The translations under genes and the position numbers were made by a program. A stretch of 64,000 nt of DNA from Myxococcota bacterium (GTDB taxonomy: Bacteria; Myxococcota_A; UBA9160; UBA4427): the NCBI GenBank assembly GCA_965250285.1, contig OZ252299.1, positions 4,480,001 through 4,544,000 of the forward strand. Reading direction: 5' to 3'. Positions 56,740 through 64,000 of the stretch are shown here, piece by piece; within the stretch, counting starts at the first letter, position 1, and the number at the start of each line of letters is the position of its first letter. The notes beneath the pieces were generated by a model. That model worked only from the letters and a program-made list of their open reading frames with translations, did not search any database and was not told where the DNA came from.

Positions 56740-57795
56740 TTACACCGAGGCGAAGAGCGTCTGGCCGCTGCGCTCGGCCGAAGCTCGTAGGGCCCCCTCG
56801 CGGGTGATCTCGCCATCAGACGTGACGAGTACGCTGGTCGCGCCGTCTTGCGCGTCTGTCTCGCCGAGGGCGAACGGCACGAATCGACCCCAGGACCGAT
56901 CCTGGCCGAGCTGGTCACCGAACTCGGGCGCCTCACCGCAAGGCCAACCATAGGCGTACCAGAAGACACGCTCGGCAGGCTGAAGGATCTCGGCGCTCAC
57001 CGTGCCCCAGGGCGCGTCTTCGTGGGGCGCTGCGTCTTGCCGGCGCGTACCGTGATTGCAGATCGAGTAGCCCCAGCCCTCGAGCAGCGGGTTGCTGCGC
57101 GGGTCGCGCTCACGATTCGCATGATCCGAGAGGATGCACGCGAGCGCCTCGACGTCGAGCGCGCCGATCAGCCCTTCGGCGAGGTCGATGCCGCGTTGTC
57201 GCCGCGCGGCGTTGTTGTTTGCGGGCCGGTCGAGGGGTGCAAGCGGATCGTTGTGCGCCACGAGCTTCTCGGAGAGGTAGCAGTTGACGGCGAACACCTG
57301 CCCCGGATCCCTTCGGCTGAACTGCTGATGGACCGCGACGCCGAAGCTCCCCGCTTCGACCTGCGCAAGGTCGCCGTTCGCATCGGCCAGAATCAACGAA
57401 ACCGGCAGATCGGACGACCCGGCCAACTCGAGGAAGGTGAGTGCGTCTGAGACCGTCCGACACCTCTGCATCAGGCCCTCGGTGATCTTCACGAACGAGA
57501 AGCAGGGCCGGTCGACGTCGGGCGCCGCCTCGAACGTCATCGCGCACGTGAAGGCGAGCCCGTGTTCGTTGATGCCGCGGGTGGTCTCACCGGGCCGGGC
57601 GATGTAGCCGCGCTCGATGAGCGAGTGCTCCGATGTCGAGACGAGCTCGGTGCCGATGTGGCGCGGGGCGCCTTCGGGTCGAACGATGCGCAGGAACGTC
57701 CGAATGTCGTAGGGGTTGTCGCTTACGCTCCCGATCAGGGCCTCGCCCGTCGGGTTCGCATCGTGGCCGGTGACGCCGATCAGAAAGCAGGGCAT
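56740..57795 (-). CDS. Ntn-hydrolase (C45/C69 peptidase-like acyltransferase/hydrolase)
   Basis: N-terminal MPC, GINEHGLA, ILADANG, ILSDH, ICNH, WYAYGWPC. Confidence 0.7.
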   Translation of the reverse strand: MPCFLIGVTGHDANPTGEALIGSVSDNPYDIRTFLRIVRPEGAPRHIGTELVSTSEHSLIERGYIARPGETTRGINEHGLAFTCAMTFEAAPDVDRPCFSFVKITEGLMQRCRTVSDALTFLELAGSSDLPVSLILADANGDLAQVEAGSFGVAVHQQFSRRDPGQVFAVNCYLSEKLVAHNDPLAPLDRPANNNAARRQRGIDLAEGLIGALDVEALACILSDHANRERDPRSNPLLEGWGYSICNHGTRRQDAAPHEDAPWGTVSAEILQPAERVFWYAYGWPCGEAPEFGDQLGQDRSWGRFVPFALGETDAQDGATSVLVTSDGEITREGALRASAERSGQTLFASV

Positions 57796-57852
57796 GGCTC
57801 GAACCTCCTTCGAGCGTACGAACGCGGCCGAGAACGCGCGGTCGTGCTGATC

Positions 57853-59286
57853 CTAGCCCTCTGGCACTCGGTCGACGGGCGGGCGCTTCCGGTGCCAGTC
57901 GGTGGCCGCCTGGTACGCGCGGCCCGCCGACACCAGGCGGGCCTCGGCCAGGTGGGGTGCGACGAGCTGAAACCCGATCGGCACACCGCGGTCGTCGAAG
58001 CCACCGGGCATCGTGAGGGCCGGATGACCCGAGAAGTTGAAGGGCGCCGTGAAACGCGTGAACGACGCGATGCCATCGGGCCCGGCGAGCGCCTCTTCGA
58101 GCCCTCCCTGCATGGTGAGACCCGTGCGCCAGCAGACCGGCACGAGGAGCAGATCGACTCGCTCGAACAGGGCGTCGAGCGCCTTCGAGAAGCTCAGACG
58201 CTCGACGTCGAGCTGTGCAATCTCGGTCGCGTGCACCGCGCGGCCAGCCTCGAGAAAGCTCCGAAAGTGGGGCCCGTATTCGTCCTGCCGTGAGGGAAAC
58301 GTCTCGGCGTGGACGACCGCGGCGGCCGCGCTGCAATAGGGTGCGAAGAGCCGGGCGAGTGGATCCATCGGCGGCAGGGGCGTCTCGACGATCACGGCAC
58401 CGACCTGCTCCAGCGTGGCCGCGACGTGCTCGAGCGCGCGGCGCACGACGGGCTCGACGCCGTCGAGCGAAACGCGCGTGTCGAGAGCGATCCGCATGCC
58501 CTGCAGATCGAACGACTCGGTGACGCAGTCGGGCACAGCTTCTTCGAGACACAGGGGATCGGCCGGGTCGGCTCCCGCGACGGCGTGCAAGACGTGCCCG
58601 GCATCTTCGGCGCTGCGCGCCATCGGGCCGACGTGATCGAGAGCGGCCGCCAGCCCGAACACGCCGTGCACGCTCACCCGGCCCCATGTGGGCTTGATGC
58701 CCATCACGCCGGTCATCGCGCACGGAAAACGGATCGAGCCGCCGGTATCGGAGCCGATCGATGCGGTGCAGAGCCCCGCCGCGGTCGCCACCGAAGGGCC
58801 GTTCGACGATGAGCCTGGCCAGTGATCGTGCTGCCACGGATTCACGGGCGTCGGAATCTTGGGGTGGTTCTCGACCATGCCCCCCTCGGTCATCGTCAGC
58901 TTGCCGAGCAGGATGGCCCCGGCCGCTCGCAAGCGCTTCACGATGGTGGCATCGAAGTCCGGCCGAAAGTCGCGATGGATCCACATGCCGCCGGTCGTCG
59001 GCACGCCCCGGGTGAAGCACAGATCCTTGACGGCCACGGGCACGCCGTGCAGGGGGCCTCGAGCTGCGCCGCTCTGAAGCTCGGCCGTGGCGCGTTCGGC
59101 CTGCGCCATCGCTTCGTCGGTGAGGGTCTGCATGTAGGCATGCAGTCGCGGGTCCAGCGCTTCGATGCGGTCGAGATGAGCGCGCGTGACGTCGACCGGC
59201 GAGTAGCGGCCGGCGGCATAGCCGCGCGCGAGATCGGTGATCCCGGCGAAACACACCTCGCTGTCTTCGAGAGTCGATGCGTTCAC
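57853..59286 (-). CDS. Amidase (amidase signature family)
   Basis: LHGVPVAVKD, NPW..PGSSSNG, GSDTGGSIRFP, GIKPTWGRVS, PFNFSGHP. Confidence 0.92.
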   Translation of the reverse strand: MNASTLEDSEVCFAGITDLARGYAAGRYSPVDVTRAHLDRIEALDPRLHAYMQTLTDEAMAQAERATAELQSGAARGPLHGVPVAVKDLCFTRGVPTTGGMWIHRDFRPDFDATIVKRLRAAGAILLGKLTMTEGGMVENHPKIPTPVNPWQHDHWPGSSSNGPSVATAAGLCTASIGSDTGGSIRFPCAMTGVMGIKPTWGRVSVHGVFGLAAALDHVGPMARSAEDAGHVLHAVAGADPADPLCLEEAVPDCVTESFDLQGMRIALDTRVSLDGVEPVVRRALEHVAATLEQVGAVIVETPLPPMDPLARLFAPYCSAAAAVVHAETFPSRQDEYGPHFRSFLEAGRAVHATEIAQLDVERLSFSKALDALFERVDLLLVPVCWRTGLTMQGGLEEALAGPDGIASFTRFTAPFNFSGHPALTMPGGFDDRGVPIGFQLVAPHLAEARLVSAGRAYQAATDWHRKRPPVDRVPEG

Positions 59287-59363
59287 TTCGGTGTCATCCT
59301 GGCTCGTTCTACAAGCATAGGCGGAGACCATCGCGCAAGCCGAGCACCTGGCTTCTGGCGGGG

Positions 59364-60248
59364 TCAACGACCGTCGCGGCGCGGCCAGGGCACCAGCGCC
59401 GGCGTGCGCGCGGCGTAGTCTTCGAAGCCCTCGCGGCGCTCGGCGCTGCGCTCGTCGAGCATCGGGATGCTGAAGCCCGCGAACATCACGGTGATCGCGA
59501 CGGCCCCGATGCCCGTCCACCAGGCCGATGGCGTCGCCGCCAGGGCGAAGAGCCAGAGCGAAAACCAGAAGCCGATCTCACCGAAGTAGTTGGGATGGCG
59601 CGACAGGCGCCAGAGCCCTCGATCCATCACCTCGCCCGGGGTCTTGCGCTCGGCGAAGATCTTCATCTGCTCGTCGGCGACGAGCTCGATGGCCGTCGCA
59701 CCGACACCCACGATGAGCGCAATCGCATCGAGCACGCCGAGCCCGGGCGCGCCCTGGGTCATCGCCGGGTAGAGGGGCAAGAGCCCGAGGTAGACGAAGA
59801 ACGTCTGCGAGATCACGACGCCGACGAGCCGGACGGCCCAGACCGGCAGCGGCCACTTCGACGCCAGCAGACCGAATCGCCAGTCTTCGTGATGGATCCC
59901 CGGCCAGTCGCGCCACCAGTTCAGGGTGAGCCGTGCGCCCCAGAAGACGGTCACGACGAGCACGGCCGTCTGGCGCGCATCGAGGGGCCCTGCGTCGGCC
60001 ACGCCGAAGACGATCCAGAGCGCGGCCAGCGGCGGCATCACGCTCCACCACGCGTCGAAGACCGAGCCGTTGTCGAGCCGCACGATGTACGCGAACGCGA
60101 CGGCCGCCGAGACGGCGAGCCCCGCCCCGAGTGCGACTTGGGGCGAACCGGGCCAGAGCCACCATGTCAGCAGCGCGGCGGGCATGATCACCGCGTAGGC
60201 GCGAAGGATGGTTCGGCGCGAGGCCTTCAGGTCGGTTGCTTCGGTCAA
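59364..60248 (-). CDS. DUF1295 family membrane protein (steroid 5-alpha-reductase-like)
   Basis: FDAWWS, EDWRF, ADEQM, GLWRLSRHPNYFGE. Confidence 0.85.
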   Translation of the reverse strand: MTEATDLKASRRTILRAYAVIMPAALLTWWLWPGSPQVALGAGLAVSAAVAFAYIVRLDNGSVFDAWWSVMPPLAALWIVFGVADAGPLDARQTAVLVVTVFWGARLTLNWWRDWPGIHHEDWRFGLLASKWPLPVWAVRLVGVVISQTFFVYLGLLPLYPAMTQGAPGLGVLDAIALIVGVGATAIELVADEQMKIFAERKTPGEVMDRGLWRLSRHPNYFGEIGFWFSLWLFALAATPSAWWTGIGAVAITVMFAGFSIPMLDERSAERREGFEDYAARTPALVPWPRRDGR

Positions 60249-60570
60249 AGCCCGGGCTCCATCTGGGTGCGAAGGGGAGACTCGCCTGGCCACCGAATCG
60301 AGGCGCTTCGCTCGAAGACACGCCTCTGATCCGCGAGCGAATCGGTCCTTCGCGCATGAGCACCGATGATGCCGGCCTGGGGCCCCGCCGGCGAGGGGCC
60401 GGGTCGCCTCTGCGAAGCGCTGGGTGGCCCCGGGAGGGGCCGTGCCGCGAGCCACCCGACGAAGTCGGCCCGCGCATCGGGTTCGAGGGCGGGCCGAAGC
60501 GAACCCGTCGTCTCGAGCGGGCATCTATTCTTCTTGTCGTGCGCGCGCGCATGGCCGCGTGCGTGAGGGG

Positions 60571-62136
60571 GTGACCGTGACGAGGCAGCGATCGATCACC
60601 CGGGCGAGATGGGCCCGCGCCCGCACAGCCGTGTCCGCCATCGGGGCCATGCTCGTCGCGGGCATCGGCTGCGCGCCGAAGGCGCCGCCGGTCGCCCTCG
60701 CTCCACCCACCGTGTTCGACCGGCTCGAGCAGCCCGAAGAAGGCGCGGCGGGCTTCGAAGCGCGCCCGGGCGAGATCGACCCCGCTGAGCTCATCCCGCT
60801 CGATCTGTTGCAGGGCCCCCATCACGTGGTTCGCTCCGCTCGCCTCGACGACCGAATGCTCTACGTCTTCGTCGTCGACAGCGACCTCGGGCCGCTCGAA
60901 GTCACGGGCCGCGGCCTGCTTCGCAAGCGGGTGTACGAGATCGAGGCGCTGGCCACCTACGATGAACGCGACCTGAACAGCGGCGAGGTCTACGCCATCG
61001 AGCTGGCGAACGCGGCGAGCGAACCGGTCGAAGGCGTGCTGCAGATCGGGCGGCACCCGGTGCGGACGGTCACCAACATCCCGCGTGGCCTCGTGCACGT
61101 GTTCAAGGCCACCGGCGAGATGTTCAAGGGCGGCCGCACGCACCTCGAAGACGACTACACCGACGAGATGATCGGCCTGAGCGGGCAGAAGCGGCTCTGG
61201 GCCGCGCGCCTCGGCGTCGACCCGCACTCGACCAATCCCCACGTACAGGCGCGCCTCAAGCGAAACGGTTGGATGAGTCTGCTCGGCCAGCTGAGCGTGC
61301 AGGTCGCGACGATCCCGGTGCCGGCCGGCGCAGCCACGATTGCGATGTCGGGCGTCGGCGCGACGACGAGCATGAACGAGCAGCTCGACGACGAGTCGCC
61401 CGAGGACGTGCGCGTGCGCACGCGCGGCTTCTTGATGGACGAGCTCGGCACCGACGAAGCGCTCGCCGAGCGTTTTCTGTCGCACCCGTGGTACCCGCCG
61501 AACCACCAGGCCACGATCATCCGATCGCTCGGTGAGATGCACGGGGTGCAGGGGCGTCACGAGTTCATCGAGATGGCCTCGCAGGCCGACGAGGCGCACG
61601 AAGCCTATGCCTTTACACGCCTGGCATTGATGTTCGGCGAGATCCACGCGCGGCGGGCGCGTCTTTCGCGAATCGAGCCGACCGGCGACTGGCTCGTCGG
61701 GCGCGGCGTCGACGACCGCCCCATCGTGCCGCTCTATCTCGACCATCTGGTCTGGACGAATCGCGTCGCCGAAGCCGAGGCCGAACTCAATCTCGCGCTC
61801 GACGCCGACGAAGCCCCGGACCCGCTGCTCATCGTGTCGGGCGACCTGACCCCGCGTGCCGCCGATGAGCTCGCAGATCGCGGCTGGCTGACGACGCAGG
61901 GCATCGAGCACCTCTGGCTCGCGGGCATCGACCTCGAGCGCCACATGCCCGAGGGCCCCGACGAGGGCCGCATCCTGCCCGAGTTCGGCGGCTGGTCGTC
62001 GCTCGAGTCGTGGCGCATCGCCGCGCACCGCGCACAACAAGAGAAGCAGCCTCGACCCGTCGCGGACGAGATTGGCGAGGTGGAGCAGGTCGCCGTGCGA
62101 ACGAGCGAAGCACCCGCCGAGTCGGGCGTTCGCTAG
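60571..62136 (+). CDS. Hypothetical lipoprotein
   Basis: Lipobox GIGC after an Arg-rich n-region, long ORF with strong coding bias. Confidence 0.7.
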   Translation: MTVTRQRSITRARWARARTAVSAIGAMLVAGIGCAPKAPPVALAPPTVFDRLEQPEEGAAGFEARPGEIDPAELIPLDLLQGPHHVVRSARLDDRMLYVFVVDSDLGPLEVTGRGLLRKRVYEIEALATYDERDLNSGEVYAIELANAASEPVEGVLQIGRHPVRTVTNIPRGLVHVFKATGEMFKGGRTHLEDDYTDEMIGLSGQKRLWAARLGVDPHSTNPHVQARLKRNGWMSLLGQLSVQVATIPVPAGAATIAMSGVGATTSMNEQLDDESPEDVRVRTRGFLMDELGTDEALAERFLSHPWYPPNHQATIIRSLGEMHGVQGRHEFIEMASQADEAHEAYAFTRLALMFGEIHARRARLSRIEPTGDWLVGRGVDDRPIVPLYLDHLVWTNRVAEAEAELNLALDADEAPDPLLIVSGDLTPRAADELADRGWLTTQGIEHLWLAGIDLERHMPEGPDEGRILPEFGGWSSLESWRIAAHRAQQEKQPRPVADEIGEVEQVAVRTSEAPAESGVR

Positions 62137-62541
62137 CCGCTTCGCCCGCGCAGACGTCGCCCGTGACCGTATAGCTCGGAGCAACCCAGAAGCCGCGATC
62201 GATGCCGGGTCGTTCACGCTCCGATCGAACCAAGCCACGTCCAGTCAGTGCGTGCGGGGACGAGCCCGCCCCTGGCTCGCGCGCGACATGCGATTCTCGC
62301 AGCTCTTCGGTTCGACCCGCAAAGCGATGCAATCGCCCGAGAGGGATCTAGGCGGCCCGCTTGCGCAAGGCTCCAGCTCGAGATGGAGCGACTCGCCCGC
62401 GTGAGGCCGCAGCGCTCGCTTCGCGGAAGGGGTCTGCAATCTCGGCGACTCGACGCTTTCGGGCGTCGGCGGAAAGCGGGAGGCACCGCGGCAGCGGATG
62501 AATCGATGCTTCTCGCCACGGACTGCCGCGGCGCGACGGAG

Positions 62542-63177
62542 CTAGAGGCCGCGCTTCAGCTCGAGCAACGCTTCGCGGGAGACGGCCAGCAGATCGACCC
62601 GGGTGGGGTCTGCAAGCCAGACCTCCATCGCCGCCATCGTCGCCATGTTGAGTGCGTGCGCCTGCACGCGAACGCGAACGCTGCCGAGCGGCTCTCCCAA
62701 TCGACGCGCCACGTCCTGCGCCAGGATGTTCACGAACCTCTCACCCATGGCGATCGCTCGGGGCGCAAGCGCGGGGGTGGTCGCGATCAAGGCGAAATCA
62801 CCCGCCTCGTCGACGTTCGGCCGAAGACCCGCGACCTCGACACTCGTGGCGACTGCGAGGCAGGCGTCGATCGGAGACTCGTGTGCCGGACGCGCACAGA
62901 TCGCTTCGACCATCACCTCGGCCCGGCGGCGAATGCCCTCGAGCGCAACGCCCTCCTTGCTCTCGAAGTACCGGAAGAACGTGCTCTCCGAGACGTCCGC
63001 GGCTTCGGCGATCTCGGCGATGCGGGTCTGCTGATAGCCCTGCTTGGCGAACAGCTCGAGCGCAGCTCGGTGGAGCTTGTCTCGTGTTTCCTGCTTCTTG
63101 CGCTCACGCAGACCCTGCTGCGCGGGGGAGCTCGGTTCTTTCGGCTCTTTCGGTTCTGCCGTGTCTCGAGGCGTCAT
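62542..63177 (-). CDS. TetR family transcriptional regulator
   Basis: GLRERKKQETR..L.RAALELF..QGY..T....IA.AADVS.STFFRYF.SKE. Confidence 0.92.
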   Translation of the reverse strand: MTPRDTAEPKEPKEPSSPAQQGLRERKKQETRDKLHRAALELFAKQGYQQTRIAEIAEAADVSESTFFRYFESKEGVALEGIRRRAEVMVEAICARPAHESPIDACLAVATSVEVAGLRPNVDEAGDFALIATTPALAPRAIAMGERFVNILAQDVARRLGEPLGSVRVRVQAHALNMATMAAMEVWLADPTRVDLLAVSREALLELKRGL

Positions 63178-63720
63178 CGCGTCGAGACTACCAGACCGGC
63201 CCTCGATCATGAGATGGCCGGCACCAGTCCAACCGAACCGCGGCCCGTCGCAGCACGTGCAGTCCGGCCATCAATGCGCCTTCTTTAGCTCCCCTTTCGC
63301 GACTCCGCCCGCGACGGAAAAGGGCGGATCAACCCGAAGCGGTCGCAGCACGCTCGAGCTCGTGGGCAGCGCAGAAACCGGCCTCGCCCGAAATCTCGCG
63401 TTCGAATCGGTGGCGTTCGGCGATCTGCCAGTGAAAGAGCTGACCGAAGCCAAGACCGTGCGCTCCGAAGGAGAGCGTCGAACGCTTGGCGATACACGAG
63501 CGCCGCCTGACGCGTGCGTCGTCTCGGCCAGAGGAAAGGAGCCCTCCCGCGTGCTCGCAAGCGGGTGCGAGCTCCCCAGCGCCGGGTGAGCGCGGGCCGG
63601 CGCGATCGGCCCGCGTCGACATGCCCGACGCCGAAGCCCTCGACGAGCGCAACGAGGACGGCGGCGCTGGAGATCCCTGTGACGGCAGATCCGGATACCC
63701 GTCGCTCGATGGTCAGAAAA

Positions 63721-63750
63721 TGATAGAACAGTCAATTGAAATAACTATCA
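63721..63750. promoter_or_regulatory. AT-rich imperfect palindromic operator
   Basis: TGATAG-AACAG-TCAATTGA-AATAA-CTATCA, 20 of 30 positions symmetric. Confidence 0.6.
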
Positions 63751-63817
63751 CTTCATGGCATGGTTTGGGCGGATCGCTCAGTCGGAGCTCCGCACGTCGG
63801 AGGAACCGGAGAAGCCC

Positions 63818-64000
63818 ATGCCCCAGATCGAAGAGTCCGTCCCTGCCCACCTCGTCGCGGCCGCCGAGGCCGCCCGAGCCTCGTTCTCGGCGGACCAGGG
63901 CAGCGAGTTCAAGGTCACGGGGATCGTCGATCCGCCGCCGGCCGACGGCACCGAGGTCGCCGACCGCGACCTCCAGCTGATCCTCTGCGGCCAGCAGGAC
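63818..64000 (+). CDS. Hypothetical protein, 5' part only (runs off window)
   Basis: GGAG RBS. MPQIEESVPAHLVAAAEAARASFSADQGSEFKVTGIVDPP..., open to the end of the window. Confidence 0.6.
   Translation, partial: MPQIEESVPAHLVAAAEAARASFSADQGSEFKVTGIVDPPPADGTEVADRDLQLILCGQQD

Noticed and set aside
59578..62238. 886-aa minus-strand ORF and similar long antisense ORFs throughout the window
   Set aside because: These are typical high-GC shadow frames opposite better-supported genes.

Overview
High-GC (roughly 68-70% by eye) bacterial chromosome segment. PEP-CTERM/IPTL-like sorting signals, gene content and codon style suggest a Myxococcota/Deltaproteobacteria-like lineage (inference only). It holds about 55 genes. 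Housekeeping genes are thrS, map, dcd, purE/purK, cspA and hspQ. There is an RND efflux pair, a fused ECF cobalt/nickel transporter with a CobW-type GTPase, and a SigK-like ECF sigma/anti-sigma cluster with lipocalin, DUF2878 and chalcone-isomerase-like genes. Also present are an ERG4/ERG24 sterol reductase, an orphan Thoeris-like TIR gene, secreted beta-helix proteins and several gene remnants. No rRNA, tRNA, CRISPR array or transposase was recognised. Three observations stand out. (1) Two tandem tRNA-Thr(CGU) anticodon-arm mimics lie immediately upstream of the thrS Shine-Dalgarno, resembling the E. coli autoregulatory operator in a lineage that does not look gammaproteobacterial. (2) An apparent secreted polyprotein has an internal PEP-CTERM anchor whose Arg tail doubles as the n-region of a second signal peptide for a second passenger domain. 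(3) A recurring GCATCC-N16-CGAA promoter motif defines a probable SigK-like regulon that includes leaderless transcripts. All product calls come from motif recognition, not from database searches.
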